Positions 54,901 to 64,000 of a stretch of DNA of 64,000 bases are shown piece by piece (position 1 is the stretch's first letter; every line of letters starts with the position of its first letter). A program made the translations under genes and the position numbers. The notes under the pieces are model-generated. The model was given only the letters and a program-made list of their open reading frames with translations. It made no database searches and was not told where the DNA came from. The DNA lies in the NCBI GenBank assembly GCA_963749495.1, contig CAVVMW010000012.1, positions 480,001 to 544,000 of the forward strand, in the 5' to 3' direction. Source of the DNA: an uncultured bacterium (GTDB lineage Bacteria; Verrucomicrobiota; Verrucomicrobiia; Limisphaerales; UBA8199).

Positions 54901-55006
54901 TTTCTGGACCCTCGCCCAGGCGCTGTCTGCCCTTTACCCCTGCGGCACGGATGAGAAACGATGGGTAGATGGGGTGCTTGCGAAAAAGAAAGGACTGGGG
55001 TCTTGA
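51959..55006 (+). CDS. DUF1156 amino (likely adenine) DNA methyltransferase
   Basis: KRLIEVDLP, LHIWWARRPLAACRA, DPFCGGGSIPLE, CEGPGC/CPCC Zn motifs, TDPPYYD. Confidence 0.92.
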   Translation: MNYPKRLIEVDLPIKRISAHARREKSIRHGHISTLHIWWARRPLAACRAVICAALWPDPADPLCPGAFVTIARAEMQKWTAHDRQARLSAESCERFEKARQKPAVFKDAVQLRGALLDFIADFANWDNSTVAEFLDTSRALTQAAHEALGGAPGTRPLVVDPFCGGGSIPLEALRVGADAFASDLNPVAVLLNKVVLEWIPRYGQRLADEVRKWGEWIKKEAEKELAEFYPKDPDGATPIAYLWARTIQCEGPGCGAEVPLIRSLWLAKKANRSVALQLVPRPRAKRVDFQIIAKQRGGWVHQDDPKTKIEDPKFDGTVKRGSATCPCCGYTTPVARVRAQLKERHGGANDARMMCVAGLSPKSEGRAYRLPCAEDFTAIERARHELQKRIKAHTGRVSLVPDKPLDVRGIRHTWAMIYGFETQGDFYSTRQMLALTTLSRLINQVGAALKREHDAGFAAAVQTGLAFAVSKESDLTNSLCSWKPDAECPVHMMARQAIPMLWDFTEAVATSESSGSWSSMVARTAYAMASAVMPSDQTGQTTQCSAAKHVLPDDSAHAFITDPPYYDAVPYAYLSDFFYVWLRRNLAGVHPDLFKLAVVPKDEEIVVDRMHELSNSTHDIAFYERELTKAFAEGRRVLRADGVGTVVFASKTTASWEAILKAVVDAGWIITGSWPIETEMETRVSAQGQARLASSVHLVCRPRESPHGSVPTHEVGDWRDVLAELPRRIHEWMPRLAEEGVVGADAIFACLGPALEVFSRYSRVEKASGEPVTLKEYLEQVWAAVAKEALTMIFTGADATGFEEDARLTAMWLWTLKTADASGTAGEATEDDSADDDLPAGQAGEAAGGKGRAGGFMLEYDAARKIAQGLGAHLEELGSLVEVAGETARLLPVAERARPLFGKDEGKATPIRKRRVPQMELFKAAREGDDGKPAFGEPKVEHIGATTLDRLHQSMILFAAGRSEALKRFLVEDGAGNNTRFWTLAQALSALYPCGTDEKRWVDGVLAKKKGLGS

Positions 55007-55046
55007 TCCGTCTTTATCGTCACACTACGTAACCGTGAGAAACAGT

Positions 55047-55862
55047 ATGACACGCAAGAGCAAACAGTCTGATAACGAATCTGCCGGTCCGCCTCCTGGA
55101 TTCGTGCTCGGCGAGGACCTGACGATCGAAGAAATGGACTACAACCGTATCGCGGTGTCGCCAGAAGGGCAGGCGACTTTTTATCTCGGATACCTTGGTC
55201 CCCGATCAGAGCAGCCATCTCTCCACCCTCTCTCCATCGCCGCGAGGCAGAAGGACGTTCGGCGTTCTCATCGCTTTGTCCATCTGCTGCATGGAGGTCT
55301 ATTCATGTCCAGCTTCCTTTGGAACACGCATTATTACAAGATCCTGCCGGATCGTCGGTTGCGCTTGCCGAGCGGCGCTAACGCAACTTACGGCGTGTTT
55401 CATCAAGAATCCTGGAAGTTGGATGAGGGGCTTACACGGCAACTTTTCGGCGCGACGCAGGCGGAACTCGATGAGTTTCTCACGGCCTTTGTTGGGGCAG
55501 TCAGAGTTCCAGTGGTGCAGGACGCTTTTGAGAAAACGTGCTGCACGACATTTTCGAAGACTCGCGATAACTCATGCGACTTGACGAACCAGTTCATCCC
55601 CAAAGGGTTTCCGTATATTCGGTTCGGCGATACAAATGTTTTCGGAGGCCATATCTCCCTTTACGGTCTTTATCAGCAATTGGCTTTGCTGTGCCATTAT
55701 GTGCGGGTCGGGGATGAAATCGTGGGGGAAGGCTTTTTCCAGCTTCTGGTTGATCATGGGGGAAAGCCAGAAGCAATAGTACGGCTCGCTAAAGCAGGTG
55801 TTAGCGGGCCGAGCCCACCGCTGCTTGATCTTGTCCAACTCCACCGATTTACCTGGGAATAA
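55047..55862 (+). CDS. Hypothetical protein between methylase and ATPase
   Basis: 271-aa ORF, co-oriented, visibly more AT-rich; no motif recognised. Confidence 0.6.
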   Translation: MTRKSKQSDNESAGPPPGFVLGEDLTIEEMDYNRIAVSPEGQATFYLGYLGPRSEQPSLHPLSIAARQKDVRRSHRFVHLLHGGLFMSSFLWNTHYYKILPDRRLRLPSGANATYGVFHQESWKLDEGLTRQLFGATQAELDEFLTAFVGAVRVPVVQDAFEKTCCTTFSKTRDNSCDLTNQFIPKGFPYIRFGDTNVFGGHISLYGLYQQLALLCHYVRVGDEIVGEGFFQLLVDHGGKPEAIVRLAKAGVSGPSPPLLDLVQLHRFTWE

Positions 55863-56008
55863 GCGGGAGAAGCAATGTAATGAAAGAGCCGATCCGATCC
55901 AGAAGCCGCAACTGTGTTGGTGGGGATGTGATGGGCCGCGTTCCTGTCAGGTTTGTTTTGCAGCCTGCGTGGACCATTGAAAAGCAGCTTGTGTGGAGAA
56001 TGTGAATT

Positions 56009-59000
56009 ATGTCGCTGAAGCCCTGGTATAAAGTCGTCACGCCTCGCGAGGACCTCCGCGAAGGCAAACCGCTCGACGCCGCCGAATTTGCCGTCCACCT
56101 GGACAACGTCCGCAACAACTGCGCGCCGCCGGACTACCAGAAGCCCAACCGCTTCTTCGCCCGCACGTACATAACGAAAAACCTCTCGGCGCTGGCCACC
56201 GAGGTTGTCCGCCGTCTTTCCGGCCAGCGGACCGAGACCAGCGCGGTTTTCAACCTGGCCACCCAGTTCGGCGGGGGCAAAACCCACGCCCTGACCCTCC
56301 TGTTCCACCTCGCCAGGAACGGCTCCGCTTCGCACCGCTGGGCCGGGGTGCCACAGATCCTCGCCGCTGGCGGGGTCAAGGAAATCCCTAAGGCTTCCAC
56401 CGCCGTGTTCGTAGGCAACGAGTTCAACTCCGTCAAAGGCCGCGGTGGCGATGACGGCACGCCCCTGCGCAAGACTCCTTGGGCCGACATCGCCTGGCAA
56501 CTCGGCGGGGCCAAGGCCTTCGCCCTCGTTGCCGAGCATGACAAAACCAAGACCGCCCCCGGCGGCGAGCTCATCCGCCAGGTGTTGCAGGCTTCCAGCC
56601 TGCGCCGCCCAGGAGGCAGTGCGGAAGGAGGCAGGCAAGATGCCTGCCCGACCCTCATCCTCCTGGACGAACTGATGAACTACGTCAGCCGAAACCGCAA
56701 GAACGGCCTCGGCACCCAACTCTACAACTTCCTCCAAAACCTTTCCGAAGTCGCCCGCGGCCTCGACCATGTCGCGCTGGCGGTGTCCATCCCCGCCTCC
56801 GAGTTCGAAATGACGGCCGAAGACCAGTCCGACTACGAGCGCTTCAAGAAGATGCTTGACCGCCTCGGAAAGGCCATGGTCATGTCCGCCGAAGCCGAGG
56901 CCTCCGAGATCATCCGTCGCCGACTGTTCGAGTGGGACGAGCGCGCCATTACCGCCGAAGGCAAGGTCATGCTGCCCAAGGATGCCCTCGAAACGTGCAA
57001 CGAATACGGCGACTGGGTCGTCGAACACCGCCAGCAGTTGCCCCACTGGTTCCCGCTCGACGCCGCCCGCGAGCAATTCGCCGCTACCTATCCATTCCAC
57101 CCTACCGCCATTTCCGTCTTTGAACGCAAATGGCAGGAGCTCCCCCGTTTCCAGCAAACCCGTGGCATCCTCCGCATGTTGGCCCTCTGGGTGGCCCAGG
57201 CCTACCAGCAGGGCTTCAAAGGCGGCCACAAAGACCCGCTCATCGGCCTGGGTACCGCCCCCCTCGAAGATTCCATGTTCCGCTCGGCCGTTTTTGAGCA
57301 GTTGGGCGAAACCAAGCTCGAAGGCGCTGTCACGACTGACATCTGCGGCAAAAAGGGCTCCCACGCCACCCGGCTCGACGCCGAAGCCCAGGACACCATC
57401 AAAAACGCCCGCCTCCACCGCAAAGTGGCGACCGCCATCCTCTTCGAGTCCAACGGCGGCCAGGCAAAAGGTGAAGCCACCCAGCCCGAAATCCGTCTCG
57501 CCGTCGCCGAACCGGGCCTCGACATCGGCAATGTCGAGACCGCTCTGGAGGCGTTGGCCGAGGCGTCCTACTACCTTACGGTCGAGCGCAACCGCTACCG
57601 GTTCAGCCTCAAGGAAAACCTCAACAAACGTTTCGCTGACCGCCGTGCCACCATCCAGCCTGAAGCCGCTCAAGAGCGCATCCGCGAAGAAATCCAGAAA
57701 GTCTTCGCCGCCGCCAGCGGCGTCGAGCGTGTCTTTTTCCCGGAAAAGACCAACCAGGTCCCCGACCGCCCCGCCGTCACCCTGGTTGTCCTTGCGCCCG
57801 ACATGTCCCTCCAGGACGAAAAGGGTACAACCAAGTTCATCGAATCCGTCACCCGCGAGTCCGGCTCCTCTTCGCGCACATTCAAGAGCGCACTCATCTT
57901 CTGCGTTCCCGAGTCAGCCGACCCCCTGTGTGACGAGGCCCGCAAGGTCCTCGCCTGGGAGGACATCGACGACGAGGCCGACAATCTCAAGTTCGATGAT
58001 ACGCAAATCCGCCAACTCGACGAGAACCTCAAGAAAGCCAAGCGCGACCTGAAGGAAACCATCTGGCGCACCTACAAGGTCATCATGCTGCTTGGCAAGG
58101 ACAACACCCTTAAGAAAGTGGACCTCGGCCTTGTCCACTCCAGCGCCGCCCCCGACCTGGTCACCCTGATCCTTAATCACCTGCGCCAGACCGACGACCT
58201 CGTAGGCGGCGTCAGCCCCAGCTTCCTCACCAAGCACTGGCCCCCGGCCTTCACCGAGTGGGCCACCAAGTCTGTCCGCGACGCCTTCTTCGCTTCGCCG
58301 CAATTCCCCCGCATCCTCAGCGCCGACGCCATCCGCGACACAGTAACCCGCGGCGTCGCCAACGGCCTCCTGGCCTACGTCGGCAAAGGTGGTGCAGGCT
58401 TCCAGCCTGCGACGGCTTCCCATAGCGCAGGCAAGATGCCTGCGCCACCCCACTACAAGCCCTTCTGTTTCAACCAGGCCCTGATGACAGCGGACATCGA
58501 GCTCTCGGACGAGATGTTCCTCATCACTAAGGAAACCGCCGAAGCATACCTTAAGAACAAGGAGTTTCCGAAAGAGCCGCTTGACCGGATTGTGGTTTCG
58601 CCCCAGAGCACATCCCTCCTGCCTGGGCAGGCTCAGGAATTCACCGCCGCAGGGTTCAGCAAGAATGGGGCCGCGGTTGCCCTGGAGGGGATTTCGTGGG
58701 GAGCAACCGGCGGCACGATCGATAAGTCCGGCCACTTCTCCGCCGGAACAGCAGAGGGAAGCTTTTCCGTAACCGCTGCCGCCGGCGGTTTCAAGGGCTC
58801 CGCCACACTGCAAATCACCAGAATACCCCCCCCGCCGCCCCCGCCTCCACCCCGGCCGCCGGAACATCCTAAAGGAATCACCTGGCAGGGAGAAATCCCC
58901 CCGCAGAAATGGATGAAGTTCTACACCGCGGTCCTGTCCAAATTCGCCGCCGGCAAAGGATTGAAGTTGAAACTCAGCGTCGAGGTCGCCCCGGAAGGCG

Positions 59001-59080
59001 GCATCTCCAAGCAGAAGATCGATGAAACCAAGGCCGCTCTCCGCGAATTGGGCATGAATGACGATCTACCCCTCATCTGA
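56009..59080 (+). CDS. DUF499 AAA+ ATPase with Ig-like domain near the C-terminus
   Basis: LKPWYKVVTPREDL, EFAVHL, TQFGGGKTH, ILLDE, IIRRRLF, YPFHP, FQQTRGILR. Confidence 0.92.
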   Translation: MSLKPWYKVVTPREDLREGKPLDAAEFAVHLDNVRNNCAPPDYQKPNRFFARTYITKNLSALATEVVRRLSGQRTETSAVFNLATQFGGGKTHALTLLFHLARNGSASHRWAGVPQILAAGGVKEIPKASTAVFVGNEFNSVKGRGGDDGTPLRKTPWADIAWQLGGAKAFALVAEHDKTKTAPGGELIRQVLQASSLRRPGGSAEGGRQDACPTLILLDELMNYVSRNRKNGLGTQLYNFLQNLSEVARGLDHVALAVSIPASEFEMTAEDQSDYERFKKMLDRLGKAMVMSAEAEASEIIRRRLFEWDERAITAEGKVMLPKDALETCNEYGDWVVEHRQQLPHWFPLDAAREQFAATYPFHPTAISVFERKWQELPRFQQTRGILRMLALWVAQAYQQGFKGGHKDPLIGLGTAPLEDSMFRSAVFEQLGETKLEGAVTTDICGKKGSHATRLDAEAQDTIKNARLHRKVATAILFESNGGQAKGEATQPEIRLAVAEPGLDIGNVETALEALAEASYYLTVERNRYRFSLKENLNKRFADRRATIQPEAAQERIREEIQKVFAAASGVERVFFPEKTNQVPDRPAVTLVVLAPDMSLQDEKGTTKFIESVTRESGSSSRTFKSALIFCVPESADPLCDEARKVLAWEDIDDEADNLKFDDTQIRQLDENLKKAKRDLKETIWRTYKVIMLLGKDNTLKKVDLGLVHSSAAPDLVTLILNHLRQTDDLVGGVSPSFLTKHWPPAFTEWATKSVRDAFFASPQFPRILSADAIRDTVTRGVANGLLAYVGKGGAGFQPATASHSAGKMPAPPHYKPFCFNQALMTADIELSDEMFLITKETAEAYLKNKEFPKEPLDRIVVSPQSTSLLPGQAQEFTAAGFSKNGAAVALEGISWGATGGTIDKSGHFSAGTAEGSFSVTAAAGGFKGSATLQITRIPPPPPPPPPRPPEHPKGITWQGEIPPQKWMKFYTAVLSKFAAGKGLKLKLSVEVAPEGGISKQKIDETKAALRELGMNDDLPLI
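56582..56652. repeat. In-frame REP doublet of the RAYT-cassette family
   Basis: GCAGGCTTCCAGCCTGC ... GGCAGGCAAGATGCCTGCCC; translates QASSLR...GRQDACPT just before Walker B. Confidence 0.85.
58388..58449. repeat. In-frame REP doublet of the RAYT-cassette family
   Basis: GGTGGTGCAGGCTTCCAGCCTGC ... GCAGGCAAGATGCCTGCGCCACC; translates GGAGFQPA...AGKMPAPP. Confidence 0.88.
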
Positions 59081-59236
59081 ACATGAGAGTGCCCCACAGG
59101 CGGGCGTGGGCGCCAACGACTTGAGGCGGATCGAGGCGCGGGGCTCGTCCATCAAGGAAGTCCGCTGCCCCTTCCAGGCCAGAACGGGTTGGATTGGGAT
59201 TTTGATTTTCGGGCGGGATGAGGGCATGCTGTGGCG

Positions 59237-59460
59237 ATGATCCAGGTAACGTTTTATCTCGAAGTGGTTTCCTCGTGGTCCATGCTCTTCAAGTCAATCA
59301 GCGCCCCACGTTCCTCATCGAAAACTCGATCGGCGACCGCTCGGTTTTCTCCGGCATCGTGCGGGTCGAACCACTCGCCGCCGCTGTCGAGGCCCTGCTC
59401 GCGGACGAGACCGCCTACGTCTCCTGGAAAGCCCATTTCGGCGACCCGCCGAAGGCCTAG
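59237..59460 (+). pseudogene. DsbA-like protein remnant (N- and C-termini only)
   Basis: MIQVTFYLEVVSSW joined out of frame to QRPTFLIENSIGDRSVFSG...HFGDPPKA*. Confidence 0.5.
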
Positions 59461-59610
59461 TGGGCCGTTTCATGACGTGGAATACACATGGTGGCAAGAA
59501 CTGCTCAAGAGGAGCCTCCTGAGTAGCCGAAAGCGGCACAAACGCGGTGTCCCGCTCAGGTTTTCGGCTTGCTTTGGGCCTCGGAGGTTGGATTATCGGG
59601 TGCCAACACA

Positions 59611-60615
59611 ATGAAACACAAATCACGATTCACCCCGGCCCGATTTCTATCCCTCGTGCCAGGCGTGCTGCGCCGCTTGGCCGCGCTCGCCACAGTGTTG
59701 TTGATTGCCCCTATGTACGCCTCGCCCCACAACCCGGACACCGACTGGTTCCACGACGCGGGCTGGGGCGTGTTTGTCCATTACCTCTGGGATGTGCAGA
59801 ACGTCGGCGGGCGCGAGAACACTCAGGGCAGGCCGCCGACAACCTGGGATGCGCTTGTCCGCGAGTTCGACACCGAGAAGTTCGCGGAGCAGGTCAAAGA
59901 GACCGGCGCGCCCTACGTGTTCTTCACGATGATGCAGCGCACGCGTTACCTCATCGCGCCCAACGCCACCTATGACAAGCTCACGGGCTACACACCGGGG
60001 GAGGCCTGCGCGACGCGCAACCTGGTGGCCGACCTTTACCACTCGCTCGATGAGCGCGGCATCAAGCTCATGCTCTACTGGACGGGCGACGGTCCGCGCG
60101 AGGACGCTCAGGCAGCCAAGGGCATGGGCGGTTGGAACGGCCAGGTCAGCGACCAATACGTGCGGAACTGGGCGGATGTGGCCGCCGAATACAGCCGGCG
60201 CTACGGCGGCAGGATCAAGGGCTGGTGGGTGGACGGTTGCTACGCCCACATCGGTTACAACGAGCCGCGGTGGCGCATGCTCGCCCAGGCCATCAAGGCC
60301 GGCAACCCGCACGCCATCGTCGCGCTCAACAATCCCGCCATGGCCTACGCCAACTCCTCGACCGATTGCGACGACTTCACCACCGGCGAGGTCAACGAGT
60401 TCACCGACATCCCCGACGAGCGCTGGCGCGACGGCAAGCAGTTTCACGTCCTGTCCTACCTCGGCAGGGACTGGGCCGGCCGGGGTGCCGCTACGAACTC
60501 GCATTCCTGGCCGACTATGTTTAATGGGAGCAGACCATCGCCCCAGTGTCTGCGCGCTATCTCCGCGTCCGCGCGCTCAAGCCCGACGGCGACCACCAGA
60601 AAGGCGGCCAGATGA
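59611..60615 (+). pseudogene. Alpha-L-fucosidase (GH29)-like protein, C-terminus frameshifted or truncated
   Basis: WFHDAGWGVFVHY, FDTEKFA, IKGWWVDG, AIKAGNP; homology appears lost after about 60525. Confidence 0.65.
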
Positions 60616-60735
60616 GCGTGGCGGAACTGGAGGTTTACGCAACCGAAACGACCCGGTGACAGCGGCCCTGATCACCGTGCTCAAGCTCGACGAGATGGTG
60701 GCTCAGGCGGCTCACCCTCGGTAAGGCGGACCCGT

Positions 60736-61278
60736 GTGTATTACGGCTCGAGCATTACCCAGGGCGGGTGCGCGTCCAACCCGGGCGGCTCCTGCCAGGC
60801 GATTCTCGAGCGAAAGCTCAACGCGGATTTTGTGAACCTGGGTTTCAGCGGGAACGGGTTGGGCGAACCGGCATTGGCCGAGGCGATTTGCGAGTTGGAC
60901 CCGTCCTGCGTCGTGCTCGATTTTTGGGGCAACCCATCGGCGGCCCAATACGCTGCCGCGCTCCCGGTCTTCGTGGACATCCTGCGCCAGAAAGGGCCTC
61001 GGCTGCCCATCCTGGTCACCGGCCCGTTCTACTTCCCGGCAGAGGCGAGCGGAGGCGATGTGGCCCGCGAGCAGTCGGCCAAACGCCGCGCGGCCCAGGA
61101 GTTCGTTGAGAAGCGGCGCAAAGGCGGGGATCGCAGGATCTGGTATGTGGATGGGCTCAAGATGCTCAGCCGGGACCAGGCCGCCGGCCTGGTTGATGGA
61201 GTACACTGCAACTCCCTCGGCTTCTACTTCAATGCTCTCGGGTTGGAGCCGTACCTCCGGAAGGCCCTCATTTGGTGA
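60736..61278 (+). pseudogene. SGNH/GDSL hydrolase domain lacking its N-terminus
   Basis: YGSSITQGGCASNPG, NLGFSGNG, DGVHCN. Confidence 0.7.
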
Positions 61279-61390
61279 TCGGCGACGCGGCGTGGTCCCT
61301 GGTCGCGCAGTTGCGCGAGGAGAACATCGCCCGCTATTTGGATGATCGCCAGAGGCGGGGATTCAACTCTATCATTGTCAACCTTATAGC
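61272..61390 (+). pseudogene. DUF4038 (apiosidase-like) fragment
   Basis: IGDAAWSL...YLDDRQRRGFNSIIVNL, then runs into the convergent gene. Confidence 0.55.
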
Positions 61391-62781
61391 CACTTTTTGC
61401 GTTGCTCCAGATGGATCAGCGAATCGGCTCCTGGCTCACCTTTGGCTTTCATGTCTTGGCTGTCCCACTCGATGGGTTTGCCGAAGCGGAGCGCCACCAT
61501 GCCCACCATCGCCACCTCCGCAATCTCAGCGCTGGAGACGAAGCCCTGGAAGGTCCCGGGGCCGCCTTTGCAGGCGTCGAGCCATTCCTGCACGTGGTTT
61601 TTCGGCGCGCGGGGGAGCGTCGCGGCGACCCCCTTGCAGGATGCGTGGTCCAGCACCCTGCGGGATTCGGATTCTCCCTTGAGCTTCACCATGCCCCCCA
61701 CGCCCCAGGCGTCGGAGAAAAGCAGGCCCTTTTCGCCGGCGAACAACACGCCATTGGTGGGCACTTTGTCGAGGGTGGAAACCAGTTCTTTGCCCAATTC
61801 CTCCGGCGGGCCGGCTTTGACGCCATCATGCCACCAGACGGTCACGGGAGCAAACTGGCCGTGAGCAGGGAATTCCCAGCGAAAATCGTTAGCGGAGGGA
61901 TAACTGTCCTTCAGTGGTTCGGCTATTTGGACCGTGACGCGCTGGGGAGCGCCCAATTGCAGGGCCCGCCAGGGCAAATTGATCGCGTGCGCTCCCATGT
62001 CGGCAAGGTGGCCGTCTCCGAACGCCAGCCAGCGGCCCCAGGCCAGGCAGCCGCCCAGGTAATAATTCTTGAACGGCAAGACCGGCGAGGGGCCGCACCA
62101 GAAATCCCAGTTCAAGCCCTCCGGAATCGGGTCCGCATCGGTCGCGATGGGGGCGCTCGGGTCAAACGTGCGGTTAATCCAGCAATGCACCTCCCGGATC
62201 TGTCCCAGCACTCCGGCTTGGATGACTTCCATGCTCCGCCGGAAAGTCGCGCTGGACCCTCCTTGGGTGCCAACCTGGGTCACTAATTTGGAGCGTCGGG
62301 CGATCTCGCGAATCTCGCGCGCCTCGGCTACGCTATGGGCCAACGGCTTCTCACAAAAGACATGTTTGCCCGCCTGCAAGGCGGCCTTGCTCATGGGCAC
62401 GTGCCAGCGCTGGCCGGAGGCGATGACCACGGCGTCCACCGATTTTTCCGCGGCCAGCAGCTTGCGGTAGTCTTCATAGACGTTGGCCTTCTCCACGGCC
62501 GCGCCCGCGGCCCCGTGTTTGGCAGCCTCTTTCTTCAACTGCGTGACCCGGCTGGAATTGACTTCACACAGCGCCACCACGTTTTCGCCCGGGTCCAGGA
62601 TCGAGGGCAATAGTTGACGCATACGGCCCCCGCACCCGAGCAAGGCGATGTTGAGCTTATTGTTGGCCGCAGCTCCGAAGGCGCTCCCCGGACGAACGTA
62701 GGACAGTGTCCAGGCGCCGGCCCCGGCCGCGCCGAGTTGTTTGAGGAAAGAACGACGAGTGGTCTGAAGATTGCGTTGCAT
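61384..62781 (-). CDS. Tat-exported Gfo/Idh/MocA oxidoreductase
   Basis: TRRSFLK; KLNIALLGCGG; HVFCEKPL; LNWDFWCGP; DMGAH. Confidence 0.92.
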   Translation of the reverse strand: MQRNLQTTRRSFLKQLGAAGAGAWTLSYVRPGSAFGAAANNKLNIALLGCGGRMRQLLPSILDPGENVVALCEVNSSRVTQLKKEAAKHGAAGAAVEKANVYEDYRKLLAAEKSVDAVVIASGQRWHVPMSKAALQAGKHVFCEKPLAHSVAEAREIREIARRSKLVTQVGTQGGSSATFRRSMEVIQAGVLGQIREVHCWINRTFDPSAPIATDADPIPEGLNWDFWCGPSPVLPFKNYYLGGCLAWGRWLAFGDGHLADMGAHAINLPWRALQLGAPQRVTVQIAEPLKDSYPSANDFRWEFPAHGQFAPVTVWWHDGVKAGPPEELGKELVSTLDKVPTNGVLFAGEKGLLFSDAWGVGGMVKLKGESESRRVLDHASCKGVAATLPRAPKNHVQEWLDACKGGPGTFQGFVSSAEIAEVAMVGMVALRFGKPIEWDSQDMKAKGEPGADSLIHLEQRKKWL

Positions 62782-62970
62782 ACAGTTGGTCAGATAATGA
62801 GTTAATGACTGCGCTCCCAGGAGCCTACCAGGTTGGGTCCATGATTGGAACACAAAACTCGCGCAGAATTCGCAACTGGGCGGTGAGACAGAATTCCTCG
62901 CCCCACAGGGTCCGCGCAGGTGTTGGAAGGACATCGTGCCTGGGCAGCTAGACACTCGTCCGGCTCTGCT

Positions 62971-63186
62971 CATCGCGTAGCGATGATACGAAGGTAGCCG
63001 TGTGGCTTCAGCCCACGGAAAGGGGTTTTGGCCAGAGGGGTCGCGTCGCGTAGCGACGCCTGAGGCGCCCACCCCCTCGGGGCGGCACTCCGTTTCACGC
63101 GTCGCTACGCAACGCCGGGGCTTCTCCGGTACCTTGACCGGGGGCTAAAGCCGCCCGGCTACCATCTGGACACCGCTCCGCGGTGA
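62971..63186. repeat. GTAG-type REP doublet, same family as 1718-1915
   Basis: GGTAGCCGTG..CCACGG, CGCGTCGCGTAGCGACGCCTGA, GCGTCGCTACGC, CGGCTACCATC..CACCGCT.CGCGGTGA. Confidence 0.8.
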
Positions 63187-63264
63187 ACAGGGGCCCGCCG
63201 ATCCGAAAAGTGCTGGCCTAGCGCCGCATCCTCTCGACCAAGCGGTGCCAGTTCTGGCACGACC

Positions 63265-63568
63265 AGTCCAGGTGGGATGAAGCGCCTTCAAGAGGGTGCG
63301 GATGAAGACCGCGTCAATGCTGCGCCCCTTCTTGCCCTCGTGGAGACACACGATTTGCGTGCGGCTAGGCACGGACCCACCCCCGTGCAACAGCCTCGCC
63401 AGCGGTGAGTCCCGCCGGAATCTTCAAGGGCCCGATGCGGGTAGGCAACGTATGATTGTCGCGCCTCGTGCCGGCTCCGTTGGGACCGCACAGGACGCCG
63501 AAGGAGTCGAATTCAGTCTTGAAGGCGACAAGGCACCGGAAATTGTTGGCATAGAGCCGCGTTATCAT
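63265..63568 (-). pseudogene. Collapsed AAA ATPase plus partner gene remnant
   Basis: MITRLYANNFRCL...LCGPNGAG fused to ...AVARGWVRA*; overlapping start VPSRTQIVCLHEGK... truncated. Confidence 0.6.
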
Positions 63569-63636
63569 GGGGCGATGGTACTAGCGTTTAAGTTCTCGTC
63601 AATCTCGCCGGAACAAGTCCGGACTTGATGACAGCC

Positions 63637-63999
63637 TCAAGCTCCGGATTCATGCCCTGGAAAAAGCTCATCCGCGAGCCTTTGGTATTCCACTTCCGGC
63701 ATCGGATTGTAGATCGCCTCCCAGGACTCCGAGAGCTTCCAGAGCACCGCCCGCAACTCACCGGCTGCTGTTGGGTCAGGGTACTCCGGGTCTTCGGCTT
63801 GCGCCAGGAAAACCCGCACCAGCCGAAGCAACCATTTGAGCGACTGTTTGTGCCGGTCCATCATTTCCGCATGAGGGGTGCCCTGCAAAATGCACGCACG
63901 TTGCCAATCCAAAAAAGAATGGCAGCATTTGACCAGGACCTCGACGGTTCCGCGCAGGAGGTTCTCAGCACTGGCGGCGGTCGAGTTCTCAAGGACCAT
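63637..63999 (-). CDS. Hypothetical protein (may start outside the window)
   Basis: 120-aa helical-looking ORF. Confidence 0.5.
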   Translation of the reverse strand: MVLENSTAASAENLLRGTVEVLVKCCHSFLDWQRACILQGTPHAEMMDRHKQSLKWLLRLVRVFLAQAEDPEYPDPTAAGELRAVLWKLSESWEAIYNPMPEVEYQRLADELFPGHESGA

Positions 64000-64000
64000 T

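Overview
GC-rich bacterial window, probably Verrucomicrobia/PVC; this is inferred from gene style (Tat-signal Gfo/Idh/MocA oxidoreductases, a prepilin H-X9-DG protein, sulfatase, a PUR-like protein). It holds housekeeping and carbohydrate genes (ABC/RND adaptor, xylose isomerase, mutarotase, Hsp20-Lon, a nuclease-DinG helicase, several glycoside hydrolases), toxin-antitoxin modules, three IS elements or remnants, many deletion-scarred pseudogenes, several single-base frameshifts (possibly sequencing errors), and several families of REP-like palindromes. The main feature is a restriction-like defence island at 45082-59080 (SNF2 helicase-DUF3883, DUF4062-ATP-binding protein, DUF1156 methylase, DUF499 ATPase) whose genes carry in-frame mobile insertions. 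The helicase contains a REP-flanked RAYT (HUH/Y1) transposase domain and a GIY-YIG domain that splits the DUF3883 nuclease motif, and solo copies of the cognate palindromes are translated inside the helicase, methylase and ATPase. Other highlights: a candidate selenoprotein (in-frame UGA, U-G-S-T-C, SECIS-like hairpin at 32743-32777), an IS5-like element with a divergent AbrB-like gene and a palindromic promoter, and a 107-bp tandem array built from heptamer microsatellites. All family assignments come from motif recognition by eye; no searches were run.
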